From an archaeon GW2011_AR15 (GTDB lineage: Archaea; Nanobdellota; Nanobdellia; Woesearchaeales; GW2011-AR15): 64,000 nt of DNA. Positions 1-10,088 of the stretch are shown piece by piece. Under the pieces are notes generated by a model that did no database searches, was not told the DNA's origin, and was given only the letters and a program-made list of their open reading frames with translations. Within the stretch, counting starts at the first letter, position 1. Every line of letters begins with the position of its first letter. The position numbers and the translations under genes were made by a program. Location of the stretch: positions 896,001 to 960,000 of the forward strand of contig CP010425.1 of the NCBI GenBank assembly GCA_000830295.1, in the 5' to 3' direction.

Positions 1-83
1 CTCAAAGATAGCTGATAAAAAAAGGCTTGATTATCTCGGCTGAATCCAAAAAATATATATACCCCCCTATCTAAGGTTCTTCC

Positions 84-476
84 ATGGCAGAGCTTGTTAT
101 AATCCCGGCAATAGTCTTTGGGCTTGTAATAGGGCTTGTAGAGATGATTTTTGTCCATTCTGATGAGATTGGAATGGGCTGGTTCATGCACGGGCTTCAT
201 GCACTTCCCTTCACTATCCTGTTCACATTCGCAAGCATGAATGTATCATGGGTGCTGGGATTTTTCGGCGGGATAGGAGAGACATTCCTTATTGATTTGG
301 GAGTCAGGCTCGCAATAGCCATCATAGGCATGATAAAGATAGGAGCAGCCGCCGCCATTGCAGGAAGGGTCGGGGAGAGGTTCTACCACATACTGATAAT
401 AGGAGCACTTCTATTCGCCTCTTCATATGTCTGGATGTTCTTCGGCTCATTTATACCAATCCCTAACTGGATATAA
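84..476 (+). CDS. hypothetical integral membrane protein
   Basis: 130-aa ORF with about 4 hydrophobic segments; TATA-like AT tract about 25 bp upstream. Confidence 0.7.
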   Translation: MAELVIIPAIVFGLVIGLVEMIFVHSDEIGMGWFMHGLHALPFTILFTFASMNVSWVLGFFGGIGETFLIDLGVRLAIAIIGMIKIGAAAAIAGRVGERFYHILIIGALLFASSYVWMFFGSFIPIPNWI

Positions 477-524
477 TGCAGTTGGATTCTGTAGAAATTA
501 AAATCAGATTTCTAATAATTTTTA

Positions 525-596
525 GTGGGGGGAGACTCCCCTCACGCTCCCCTCTACACGCTTCCCTGGGTGGTGTGGAGGGTATCCCTCCACTAC
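525..596. repeat. GC-rich double hairpin (palindromic element)
   Basis: GTGGGGGGA-GAC-TCCCCTCAC (525-545) and GTGGAGGG-TAT-CCCTCCAC (575-593) within an AT-rich spacer. Confidence 0.5.
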
Positions 597-665
597 ATTA
601 AAATTTATTGTTTCTTCTCTTTGTCAATACAAAAATTTAAGAATAATCAGAGGTTTACACCTGCC

Positions 666-2573
666 ATGGACCCGGAACTCCAGGAACTCATAAAGGAAGT
701 TGTATCCTATGATAAGAATGCGGATGTTGAGCTTATAAAAAAGGCATATAATTTTTCAAAGGATGCGCATAAAGGCCAGAAAAGGCATTCGGGCATGGAT
801 TATTTCAACCATCCTCTTGGAGTTACAAAAATCCTTCTTGAGCTGAGGCCGGATATAGAAACAATATGCGCGGCACTCCTGCATGATGTTGTTGAGGAAA
901 CAGATCATACGCTGGAAGAACTGAAGAGGGAATTTGGGAAAGAGATTGCCATGCTTGTGGAAGGCGAGACAAAGACTGCCAAAGTCGAGTTTGAAAGCGC
1001 AGAGGACTATACTGCAGAGAACTGGAGGAAGATTCTCCTGGCGACAACAAAGGATGTCAGGGTTATACTGATAAAACTGGCTGACAGGCTGCATAATATG
1101 AGGACCTTAAAGCATGTGAGGCCTGACAAGCAGAAGAGAATATCGAAAGAGACAATGGAGATATATGCGCCCATAGCCCACAAACTGGGGCTCTACAGCC
1201 TGAAGGGAGAGCTGGAAGACCTTTCCCTGAGGTATCTTAAGCCCGATATCTACCAGTATATGAAGAGCAAGATAAATGAAAAGAGGACAAAAAGAGAGGA
1301 GAAGGCAAGGATGATAATGAAGCTTGTCACAGATGGCCTTAAAAATGCAGGGATTGAGGTAGCGGAGGTCTCAGGTAGGGCAAAGTATTTTTACAGCATA
1401 TACAAGAAGATGGTTATTGAGAAGAAAAGCTTTGATGAGATATACGACCTCATTGCAATAAGGATTATAGTGAATACCATCCCTGAATGCTACAGGGTCC
1501 TGGCGGAAATCCATCATCTCTGGAAGCCGATACCCGGGAGATTCAAGGATTATATAGCAGTTCCCAAGTCAAACGGCTACCAGTCGCTGCATACAGACGT
1601 TGCAACACCTTTTGATGTAGTGCTGGAAGTGCAGATAAGGACAGTTGAGATGGATTACAATGCCCGTTACGGGGTTGCAGCGCACTGGCGTTACAAAGGG
1701 ACTGAAAGGGACAGGAAATTTGATAAGAGGATATCTTGGCTGGAGCAGGTGCTGGACTGGAAGAGGAAAGCCCCGAATGAGTTTCTTGAAACACTTAAAG
1801 TTGACCTGTTTCAGGACGAGATACTTGTGTTCACGCCAAAGGGAGACCCGGTTATACTCCAGGAAGGCTCCACTCCTGTTGATTTTGCTTATGAGATCCA
1901 TACAAATGTGGGAAATGCCTGCACAAAAGCAAGCGTAAACAAGAAACTGGTCCCTCTTGACTATAAGCTGAAAAGCGGGGATGTAGTCCAGATAATTACT
2001 TCGCCTAAGGCAAAGCCTTCCAGGAGCTGGCTGTCTTTTGTTACTTCAAGCAAAGCCAAGCAGAAAATAAGATCCAGTTTGGGTATAGAGGTGGAGACAG
2101 ACCCAAAGCAGGTAAGAGACAAAAAAGAGCATATCAGCCTTGAGAAATACATTTCCTATAAGGGAAAGAAAGCCCAGCTCAAGCTCTCCAAATGCTGCAA
2201 CCCGAAATTTAAGGAGAATATTGTTGCTTTCCGGACCAAGGACGGCAGCATTACAGTCCACCAGAAAGGCTGCCCAAATATCCATACGCTTGATAAGTCC
2301 AAGGAGGTTGAGGTAGGATGGAACGTGCCGGCAGAGCATATAAAAACAATAGATATCTATGTAGAAGACAAGCTTGGCATGGTAGAGCAGATACTGAACA
2401 CGCTTACAAGATCCAGGATAAATGTGCTGTCAATAAACATGAAGCCTCACAAAAGGACAATACATATTTCCATGAATATAAAGGCAGAAAGCGATGATGA
2501 AGTGGAGAAGACAGTAAGGATTCTGCAGAAAATTAAAAACATTACATACGTGACTTCCGGGAGCAGCCAATAA
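666..2573 (+). CDS. rel: long RelA/SpoT homolog, (p)ppGpp synthetase/hydrolase (HD-SYNTH-TGS-ZFD-ACT)
   Basis: Motifs ALLHDVVE, IKLADRLHNMRTL, YAPIAHKLG, GRFKDYI, NGYQSLHT, EVQIRT, VFTPKG..TPVDFAY (TGS), KCCNP..HQKGC; start moved to ATG 666 (MDPELQ). Confidence 0.93.
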   Translation: MDPELQELIKEVVSYDKNADVELIKKAYNFSKDAHKGQKRHSGMDYFNHPLGVTKILLELRPDIETICAALLHDVVEETDHTLEELKREFGKEIAMLVEGETKTAKVEFESAEDYTAENWRKILLATTKDVRVILIKLADRLHNMRTLKHVRPDKQKRISKETMEIYAPIAHKLGLYSLKGELEDLSLRYLKPDIYQYMKSKINEKRTKREEKARMIMKLVTDGLKNAGIEVAEVSGRAKYFYSIYKKMVIEKKSFDEIYDLIAIRIIVNTIPECYRVLAEIHHLWKPIPGRFKDYIAVPKSNGYQSLHTDVATPFDVVLEVQIRTVEMDYNARYGVAAHWRYKGTERDRKFDKRISWLEQVLDWKRKAPNEFLETLKVDLFQDEILVFTPKGDPVILQEGSTPVDFAYEIHTNVGNACTKASVNKKLVPLDYKLKSGDVVQIITSPKAKPSRSWLSFVTSSKAKQKIRSSLGIEVETDPKQVRDKKEHISLEKYISYKGKKAQLKLSKCCNPKFKENIVAFRTKDGSITVHQKGCPNIHTLDKSKEVEVGWNVPAEHIKTIDIYVEDKLGMVEQILNTLTRSRINVLSINMKPHKRTIHISMNIKAESDDEVEKTVRILQKIKNITYVTSGSSQ

Positions 2574-2608
2574 AAACCATTATAAATCATAGTGTATTTA
2601 GCAATATC

Positions 2609-3286
2609 ATGAAAACCCTGATTCTTTCTCTCGGAGGTTCGCTTATAGCTCCTGATAAACCGGACTATTTTTTTCTGAGGGAATTCAAGAATTTTGTGAT
2701 ATCAAGACTGGACAAGTACAGGTTCGTTATTGTATGCGGCGGAGGGAAGACAGCATCCTATTACGTGCAGGCAGCCGGAAGGGTTTCCAGGATGAGCGAT
2801 GAAAGCCTTGACTGGATAGGTATCATGGCAACAAGGCTGAACGGAGAGCTTGTGAGGGCAATTTTTGGAGAGCTGGCATGTGAGAACGTGGTATATAATC
2901 CAAAAGAGAAGATAAAGACAGATAAGAAAATAATCGTGGCAGCTGGATATAAGCCCGGCTGGTCCACGGATTATGACAGTGTGCTGCTGGCAAAGCAGTT
3001 TAGGGCTGCAGAGATAATCAACATGACAAACATTGATTATGTCTATGACAAGGATCCAGGAAAAAATAAGGATGCAAAAAAGCTCCTGGATATAAGCTGG
3101 AGGGAATACAGGCGTATAGCAGGCAGCAAATGGTCCCCGCGCCTCAACCTTCCGTTTGACCCGATAGCAAGCAGGGAGGCACAGAAAAAGAAGCTTAAAG
3201 CAGTCATACTGAACGGAAAAGATTTGCAGAATTTGGACAATTACCTGCTTGAAAAGGACTTCAAAGGCACGATTATTCACGGATGA
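2609..3286 (+). CDS. pyrH: UMP kinase (archaeal type)
   Basis: SLGGS, VCGGG, DWIGIMATRLN, PGWSTDYD, VYDKDP, PFDP motifs. Confidence 0.9.
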   Translation: MKTLILSLGGSLIAPDKPDYFFLREFKNFVISRLDKYRFVIVCGGGKTASYYVQAAGRVSRMSDESLDWIGIMATRLNGELVRAIFGELACENVVYNPKEKIKTDKKIIVAAGYKPGWSTDYDSVLLAKQFRAAEIINMTNIDYVYDKDPGKNKDAKKLLDISWREYRRIAGSKWSPRLNLPFDPIASREAQKKKLKAVILNGKDLQNLDNYLLEKDFKGTIIHG

Positions 3287-3337
3287 AACAAAAAAAATAT
3301 AAACAAGTATACCTAAAATTTTACCAGGGAGAAAATA

Positions 3338-4759
3338 ATGGGTAAAAAATTACTGGTTTTGGCGATTCTGATAATACTTCTAAGCCTACCTGTCTATGCA
3401 AAGATATCTGTGACCAGCCAAGCAGAAAAGAGCAATATATACATGGATGAGCAGGCAGTGTTTAAAGTTACAGTGCGCAACCACGACCCTAATGCAAAAA
3501 CAATAAACGTATATACCACAGACCTGAGATGGTATGTTGATGTCGAGCCAGAGGTAACAACAATAAAAGCAAACTCTGATATCAATTTTGACCTCATGCT
3601 TGTTCCAAATGTATGGGCTCAGCCAGGCTCTCAGATAGTGAAAGTCAATGTTGAAGACCCAAATGGTGGATCAGGCGACAAGGTCGTGCTTGAACTCCCT
3701 GTATTTGTAAAATCTTATGATTCTGCGCAAAGAGAATACAGCCCGTCCATAGAGGTTATAGTTACCATACCTGAGGTAGTGGACCCAAGAGAAGGCCTTT
3801 CCCTTGATGTATACCTTAGAAACAGGAATAAAAGAGATAACCAGGACCTTCAGATTACTCTAAGCTCAGACCTCTTTTCAGACAACAAGACGCTTTCATT
3901 TGGGCCTCTTGAAGAAAGGACTGAAAAATTCCTGTTTGATATTGACAATGCTGCAGAGGCAGGAGAGCACCAGCTCCAGGTAAACCTCTTTTCCGGAGAC
4001 AGGATAATAAACAGGCAGTCTATAGAGTACAATATCCTTGGATATTCAACTTTTGTAGTGCAGGATGACATCACAGAAGCTCTTTTCAAGGAGACAACAG
4101 AATATACAGTTAAGAATGAGGGCAATATAAGAAAAACAGACAACTTCAGAGTCAGCATGGGTTTCCTGCAGAGATTATTTACTTCTTTCTCTGTAAGGCC
4201 CGACAGGTTTGACTTTGGAGGCAGCTATATTGAATGGGAACTTGACCTGGCTCCGATGGAAGAAGTGAATATAAGGGTAGTAAGGAATTTCAGGCCGACA
4301 ATTTATGCAATACTTATAGTAATAGTGACAGTAATGATGTATTTCATCTACAGGAGCCCTGTTATACTGAAAAAGGAATCAGTAATCACCGGCTCTTCAG
4401 AAGACGGCATATCAGAACTGAAGGTCCTTTTGCATCTCAGGAACAGGGGCCCGGATCTTATAGAAAACCTTACACTTACTGATCTTATTCCCTCTCTGGG
4501 CGATTATGTGGATGAAAAGAGGGTTGGCACGCTTTCGCCTTCAAAGGTTATAAAGCATCAGCAGAAAGGAACCCTGCTTAGATGGGAATTTGAAGCCCTT
4601 GACCCATTTGAGGAAAGGATAATAACTTACAGGATAAAGACAAAGATGACTGTTGTAGGAGGGTTTAATCTACCCCCGGGTAAGATAAGGTTTGTCACAA
4701 AGAAAGGAACAGAAAGGATAGTAAGGTCAAACAGGTTTCTTCTTGGTCTAGGTCTATAG
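3338..4759 (+). CDS. secreted/membrane-anchored beta-sandwich cell-surface protein
   Basis: N-terminal signal peptide, Ig-like beta-rich segments, one TM near aa 320, DUF11-like C-terminal region. Confidence 0.65.
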   Translation: MGKKLLVLAILIILLSLPVYAKISVTSQAEKSNIYMDEQAVFKVTVRNHDPNAKTINVYTTDLRWYVDVEPEVTTIKANSDINFDLMLVPNVWAQPGSQIVKVNVEDPNGGSGDKVVLELPVFVKSYDSAQREYSPSIEVIVTIPEVVDPREGLSLDVYLRNRNKRDNQDLQITLSSDLFSDNKTLSFGPLEERTEKFLFDIDNAAEAGEHQLQVNLFSGDRIINRQSIEYNILGYSTFVVQDDITEALFKETTEYTVKNEGNIRKTDNFRVSMGFLQRLFTSFSVRPDRFDFGGSYIEWELDLAPMEEVNIRVVRNFRPTIYAILIVIVTVMMYFIYRSPVILKKESVITGSSEDGISELKVLLHLRNRGPDLIENLTLTDLIPSLGDYVDEKRVGTLSPSKVIKHQQKGTLLRWEFEALDPFEERIITYRIKTKMTVVGGFNLPPGKIRFVTKKGTERIVRSNRFLLGLGL

Positions 4760-4819
4760 ATTTTGCATTGATGTCAGTGATATAAATATTTATATAGCCG
4801 GTTTTTCTTAACAATAACC

Positions 4820-6013
4820 ATGGTTACATTAAAATACCAGAATTTGGCTTTTTCAGAGAAAGAAGGCAGGATAAGAATACTATTCCTTAAGATATATTAC
4901 TTTTATCTGGACAGGAAAGAGCTTGAGAAGATAGGCAAACTCAGGGTAAACAGGCATTCCATCAGTTTCAGGACTGACAAAAGAGAGGAAAATGTCAGGC
5001 AGAAGTTTGAATTTATGCTGACACAGGGTTTTGAGCACCTTGTAAGCACAGTCAACGGAAAGCCTGCGCTTTATGTGCACAGGAATTCAGGCATCCCGCT
5101 TATAGGCAGCAATGATTTCGGCATCATTGACAGAGGGACGAATACAATAGAGATAAAGCCCCTCACCACCTGCAATATAGACTGCATATTCTGCTCAGTT
5201 GACCATCTCAAAAGACACTCGGATATTGTTGTTGAGACAGATTACCTTATTGAAGAGCTGAAAAAGGTCATAGAGAAGAAAGAAAACAGGGTCAATATCC
5301 ATATAGGGAGCCAGGGGGACCCGTCTTTATACGGAGAGCTTGTCAGGCTTGTAAGGGAGATAAGGAAGATAAGAAAAGTAAATGCAATCTCAATGGTTAC
5401 AAATGGCATTCTTATCAATAGGACAATGGCAGACAAGCTGATAAAAGCAGGAATGACCCATTTTCACATCTCCCTGCACAGCCTTGATCCGGAGCGGGCC
5501 TCTAGGCTGGCCAACGCACCCTATCCTGTCAAAAAAGTCATGGAAACATGCAGGTATATAGTAAAGCACGCGCATCTCCTTCTTGTGCCTGTCTGGATGG
5601 CAGGAATAAACGATAAGGATGTGGAGGATGTAATTCTTTTCGGAAAGGAGATTGGAGCTGATTTGGGAGTGCAGAATTACCTGGAATACAGTTTCGGGAA
5701 GAAGCCAGTGAACCCAATGCCTATGAAATTATTCTTTATGAAGATAAAAGAGCTGGAGAAAAAGCTTGAAGTCAATCTTACCACGCTTAATGAGGATTTG
5801 GGGTTCAAGGTGGATACTAAGCTGAAAAAGCCTTTCAGGAAGGGCGATACTATTAATGTGGAGATAAAGGCCAGGGGAAGGCTTCTTAACTCTTATATTG
5901 CAGTTGCAGGAGAAAGGATTGTAACAGTGATAAGCTCGGATAACCTCAAAGGGCATGTAAAGGCCAGAATTATAAGAGATAAGGACAATATTTTTTCTGC
6001 CGTTCCAGCATGA
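4820..6013 (+). CDS. radical SAM protein with C-terminal TRAM-like domain
   Basis: CNIDCIFC (CxxxCxxC), GDPSLY, TNG, and GIIDRGTNTIEIKP typical of the archaeal radical SAM-TRAM family. Confidence 0.85.
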   Translation: MVTLKYQNLAFSEKEGRIRILFLKIYYFYLDRKELEKIGKLRVNRHSISFRTDKREENVRQKFEFMLTQGFEHLVSTVNGKPALYVHRNSGIPLIGSNDFGIIDRGTNTIEIKPLTTCNIDCIFCSVDHLKRHSDIVVETDYLIEELKKVIEKKENRVNIHIGSQGDPSLYGELVRLVREIRKIRKVNAISMVTNGILINRTMADKLIKAGMTHFHISLHSLDPERASRLANAPYPVKKVMETCRYIVKHAHLLLVPVWMAGINDKDVEDVILFGKEIGADLGVQNYLEYSFGKKPVNPMPMKLFFMKIKELEKKLEVNLTTLNEDLGFKVDTKLKKPFRKGDTINVEIKARGRLLNSYIAVAGERIVTVISSDNLKGHVKARIIRDKDNIFSAVPA

Positions 6014-6067
6014 GTTGGTTAATCAGAATTTTCAGAAAAAAGAAAAGAAAAAATAAAATTATTTCTC

Positions 6068-8380
6068 TTAGACTGTGTTGACTCTTAGGTCAGCTAGGTT
6101 TGTTGAAACTACTTCAACTTCGTCGCCTGATAGGTCGTAGTTGTCATAGTCAGCCAAAACATAAGCTGCGCCTTTTGTGTCATCAGCACTGTATCCAGCT
6201 ACTAGCAGAGCGCTCTTTGAACCCCTGTCGTAGAATTTGATCATGCCTTTACCGGCTTCAAATCCTTCTGTGCAGACATCTGGGTCGCCCATCAGTTCAG
6301 CAGCTATTGTGTTAGCACATGGACCGCCAACAACTACCATGTTTTTGTCCATGCTCTCAGCTACTGAATCAAGTACAGCAAGACCTACGCTGAAAGGATT
6401 AACCTGTTCACCGGATCCTGTGCCTGATACGCTGGTTGTTGCGCTTAGTGGTGCAATGAAAACGTTTGCATATACGTCTTCCTCAGGGTATGTTACATAC
6501 AAGTATGAGTTCTTATCGTTGTCATACTCGAACACTAGACCCTTTGTACTTGCGTACATCTGTACATCGTTGTCGTTGTACTCTTTGTTCTCAGAGCTTG
6601 CAATCCAAGCACTTGATAAGTTAGTAGGTGCTGACACGTCGATTTCTGTATCGCTTGAGTCATATGTCAACTGTAGCCTAAACTCGTCATCGGCTGTTTG
6701 CTTGTCTGAATCTTCATCAGGTGAGGTTATGTTAATCGCTGTTGCGTTTATAATCCTCAACTCAGCACCAAGTTCTGTTTCAGCTACATAAGGTGTAGCG
6801 TTGAACCATAGCACATTATCTGCTTCGTTGAAAGCCAGTTGGATTGAACCAAGGCTTCCAAGCACAACAGACTCAAGTGCACCTGCGGTAGCAGTGAATG
6901 CTGCTGATGTAACTTCGTTTCCTGATGTCAGGTCATCGAATGTTGCCTTGTTGTCGTCATCGTCCCATTCTGAGAATTCAAGAATGTGGACTTCTCCGCC
7001 TTCAAGTACAAACCACAGCTTTACATCTGGATCAGCATCAGTATCAACACTGATTGTTCCGTTGAATGTAGCGTTCTGGTTTGCAACTGCCTGCCATAAT
7101 AGTGGTCCACTTGAACTGTCTCCAAGTGCGATTGCACTATCATAGTGCCATTCAAGTACAACTTCCTGTCCCTTCTTGTTGTTGAAGGTAAAGGCTGCTT
7201 CGTCAGCGCTTCTCTCTAGCTTAAACATTTCTGTTTTCTTTGTTGTTCCCTCAAACAGCACTTCCCAGTTTCCGAAAACAGGGTCAATCCATGCTTCGCC
7301 TGGTGCAAAATACTGCATGTAAGGATCAATGTCGTCTTTGTCAGTTGTGTAGACTATTGTTAAGCCTGTGAATGTTCCAGCTGTGTTGTTACCTGTAAGG
7401 GTAACGGCTGAACCATCAATATCTACACTATTCCTTTCAACTTTTCCGCCTGAATTAAGCACAAGCTTATCAGCACCCAAAGTCACTTCACATGTCTTCA
7501 GGTTTGTTGAATAGAATGATGAGATAATACCAACTGTCAGACCACTGACTGCTTCTGTGTCTCCTACATCTATTGTCTTGCTTACGCCGTCCACATTGAT
7601 GACACACTTGTCTTCTGCTTCGTTAACGCTTCCCAGTGTAACAGTGTGGTCGCCGAATCCGATTGGCTCATCCTGTACAAGGTTGTGTGTTGCTGAACCA
7701 GCAAGAAGTGTCATATCTGTGTATGCACCGCTTGTTCCATAGCTTATTGAGGAGATTGTGTACTCTCTTCCCTGTATTGTAAGGGCTTCTCCTTCAAGCT
7801 CTGCTGCAGCTTCATTCAGTGTTGACTCCATTGTCAGCGCATAGCTGTAAACCTGGTTTCCTTTAGGGAAGTACAGGTAATCACCAGCACCGTATTCAAC
7901 ATCATCCACCTTACCAGGTGAATCATATTTGAATGTTGCTGTACTTGCGCTTATTGTCAGTGTCTGCGTATATTTTTTGTCTTTTAATGTTTCATCTGCC
8001 AGTACGTCAGGCAGCTCTGCGTCATCAAAGACAGTCTGCAGTGTAGCAATCTCTTCGTCGTAGTTCATCTTGTTTCCGCTCTGTGAAACCTTGACACCTT
8101 CGCTGATGGTTACTTCACCAGTTGAGGATGTTGTTGTCTCTGTTGCGGATACTGCGGATGCCTGCAATGAAGCAGCTATATCTACAGCTCCTAGAACATC
8201 TGCTGTTGCTGCTGATTCGCCGACAACAATTACTGTGTCGCTTAGCACGCCATTCTGGACGAATGGTGCTGGATAATCAGCCAGGTCAGCTACCGCCAAT
8301 GCGCCCGTAAGCGTTGCTCCGAGCATCAGCGCGCCTGTTCCTAGGGCAGCTATTTTCTTTGCCCAATTTAGTTTTTCCAT
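6068..8380 (-). CDS. S-layer protein
   Basis: KKIAALGTGALMLGATL signal, DLADYPAPFV / VVGESAATADVLGAVDIAASL N-terminal domain, VVGGPCANT..LLVAGYSADDT C-terminal domain; acidic, Thr/Ser-rich; GGAGGTG SD. Confidence 0.88.
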   Translation of the reverse strand: MEKLNWAKKIAALGTGALMLGATLTGALAVADLADYPAPFVQNGVLSDTVIVVGESAATADVLGAVDIAASLQASAVSATETTTSSTGEVTISEGVKVSQSGNKMNYDEEIATLQTVFDDAELPDVLADETLKDKKYTQTLTISASTATFKYDSPGKVDDVEYGAGDYLYFPKGNQVYSYALTMESTLNEAAAELEGEALTIQGREYTISSISYGTSGAYTDMTLLAGSATHNLVQDEPIGFGDHTVTLGSVNEAEDKCVINVDGVSKTIDVGDTEAVSGLTVGIISSFYSTNLKTCEVTLGADKLVLNSGGKVERNSVDIDGSAVTLTGNNTAGTFTGLTIVYTTDKDDIDPYMQYFAPGEAWIDPVFGNWEVLFEGTTKKTEMFKLERSADEAAFTFNNKKGQEVVLEWHYDSAIALGDSSSGPLLWQAVANQNATFNGTISVDTDADPDVKLWFVLEGGEVHILEFSEWDDDDNKATFDDLTSGNEVTSAAFTATAGALESVVLGSLGSIQLAFNEADNVLWFNATPYVAETELGAELRIINATAINITSPDEDSDKQTADDEFRLQLTYDSSDTEIDVSAPTNLSSAWIASSENKEYNDNDVQMYASTKGLVFEYDNDKNSYLYVTYPEEDVYANVFIAPLSATTSVSGTGSGEQVNPFSVGLAVLDSVAESMDKNMVVVGGPCANTIAAELMGDPDVCTEGFEAGKGMIKFYDRGSKSALLVAGYSADDTKGAAYVLADYDNYDLSGDEVEVVSTNLADLRVNTV

Positions 8381-8717
8381 TTACTTAACACCTCCGTGTT
8401 AATAAGCATTAATCGTGTTCTCTCCTCTTCTCTGCACGTTAAACACTGTCGTCTCTATAAATATGCTCAATTGATGTTTGAATGTTGAGTTTTGTTTATA
8501 AAGTTTTCGCAATTATATGTTTCTTTCGGACCATTTCAAGCATTTCAGAGCCTGAATCCCCCGAAATCAGCCATCTTAGGTTGTGATAACTTTGTAGTGA
8601 CTAAATTTTAAAATCAGTCTTATTTCAAAAAGCTTTATAAACAGGCTTTAAAGACGGATATTCTGTGTTTTTAATACCGGCTATAACTATTTAAACCATT
8701 CCCTATTTAGGTGTGAT

Positions 8718-9377
8718 ATGAGGTTATCTTCTATTGAAAAAAAGATTCACCCTGCATTGTATAATATAATCTCTAAGGACTTTCCCGAACTCAGGCCGGC
8801 ACAGGCAAAAGCCATAGAAGCAGGGCTTTTAGAAAGGAAAAACCTGCTGGTATGCACGCCGACAGCGTCTGGAAAGACCCTTATAGCAGAGCTTGCCATG
8901 ATGCAGGCCATATACAATAATATAGGGAAAGCGGTCTACATAGTCCCCCTGAAGGCGCTGGCATCTGAAAAATATGAATATTTTAAGAACAAGTACAAAG
9001 ATATCAAAGTGGCGCTTTCTATAGGAGATACAGACTCCTCTGACACGTATCTGGAAAGATATGATATAATAATAACAGTATCTGAAAAGCTGGATTCCCT
9101 GATAAGGCATAAAGCACCCTGGCTCCGCTACGTCTCCACAATAATCATAGATGAAATCCATCTTATGAATGATTCCCACAGGGGCCCGACCCTTGAAGTC
9201 GTGATAACTATCCTGAGGAAAGTGCTTAAAAAAGCCCAGTTTATTGCCCTTTCTGCTACAATAGGAAACCCAAAGGAACTTGGGGAGTGGCTGGACGCAG
9301 AAGTTGTTATGGATGACTGGAGACCACTGGAGCTGCATAAGGGGATATATCACGAGGGTTCTGTCAGATTCTATTAA
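8718..9377 (+). CDS. Hel308/Ski2-like helicase, RecA1 domain only (truncated or stand-alone)
   Basis: LRPAQ Q-motif, PTASGKT, VPLKALA, DEIH, LSATIGN, DWRP, then stop at 219 aa; no RecA2 domain. Confidence 0.75.
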   Translation: MRLSSIEKKIHPALYNIISKDFPELRPAQAKAIEAGLLERKNLLVCTPTASGKTLIAELAMMQAIYNNIGKAVYIVPLKALASEKYEYFKNKYKDIKVALSIGDTDSSDTYLERYDIIITVSEKLDSLIRHKAPWLRYVSTIIIDEIHLMNDSHRGPTLEVVITILRKVLKKAQFIALSATIGNPKELGEWLDAEVVMDDWRPLELHKGIYHEGSVRFY

Positions 9378-9456
9378 TATAGTAGCTTTAAATATAAGGT
9401 ATTTTTACCCCAAAGTACATATAACCTTGTTTATATATGGAGAGAGGCGGAACAAA

Positions 9457-9996
9457 ATGAAGAAAAAACTTACTCTTGAAGAAAAATTAGGATTTATGAA
9501 AGAATTCTTTGGCGGCAAAGTTCCAGAGTATCTCTGGTATAATCTCGGATCAGCCAGCTCAGGCATATTTAATGACACAGCCATAGCCGGGATAGCAGAC
9601 CAGACCGGGATAAGAGGCCATATAAGCGATCTGATGAAAGTATATGATGTATATCCAAATGACCTCGGAGGAGGAGTTATACCTCTTGGCGTGCCGCAGT
9701 ACAGGCACAAAGAGCCAATGTGGATGCCTCTTGCAAAGCTAATAGGGAAAGAAGATAAGGCACTCCTTGTAAAAGATGCCAAAGAATTGGTTGCGGGGCT
9801 TCAGCTGCCAGACAGGGTTATTGAATTATATGCTGCAACCACAACAGACCATATTGAGTATCCTGCACCTAAAGCAAAGGAGGGGATAGTCCTGAAAGTG
9901 AATTTTGCAAAAATGAAAGCGTATGGCCCTATAAGGCTTGCAAAAGTAGCAGGAGAGTACGGCCTTAATTTCTATACAAGCAGGCACGGGTTTTAA
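9457..9996 (+). CDS. hypothetical protein, paralog of 10089-10586
   Basis: Start ATG 9457 after GAGG; shares blocks FFGGKVPEYLWYNLG, LGVPQYR, GKEDKAL, NFAKMKAYGP with the next ORF. Confidence 0.75.
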   Translation: MKKKLTLEEKLGFMKEFFGGKVPEYLWYNLGSASSGIFNDTAIAGIADQTGIRGHISDLMKVYDVYPNDLGGGVIPLGVPQYRHKEPMWMPLAKLIGKEDKALLVKDAKELVAGLQLPDRVIELYAATTTDHIEYPAPKAKEGIVLKVNFAKMKAYGPIRLAKVAGEYGLNFYTSRHGF

Positions 9997-10088
9997 TTTT
10001 ATTTATTACTTTTCCAGTAGTTAAAAATAAGTAGGTTTAAATTTAACTTATTTTTACCCGGTTCTATACTTACAGAAGGTGAATAAAA

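Noticed and set aside
525-665. N-terminal extension of RelA/SpoT from GTG 525
   Set aside because: Runs through hairpins and the promoter region; homology begins at ATG 666
9280-9456. Extended start of the 238-aa ORF, or frameshifted continuation of the helicase
   Set aside because: No RecA2 motifs in this frame; paralog alignment begins at ATG 9457
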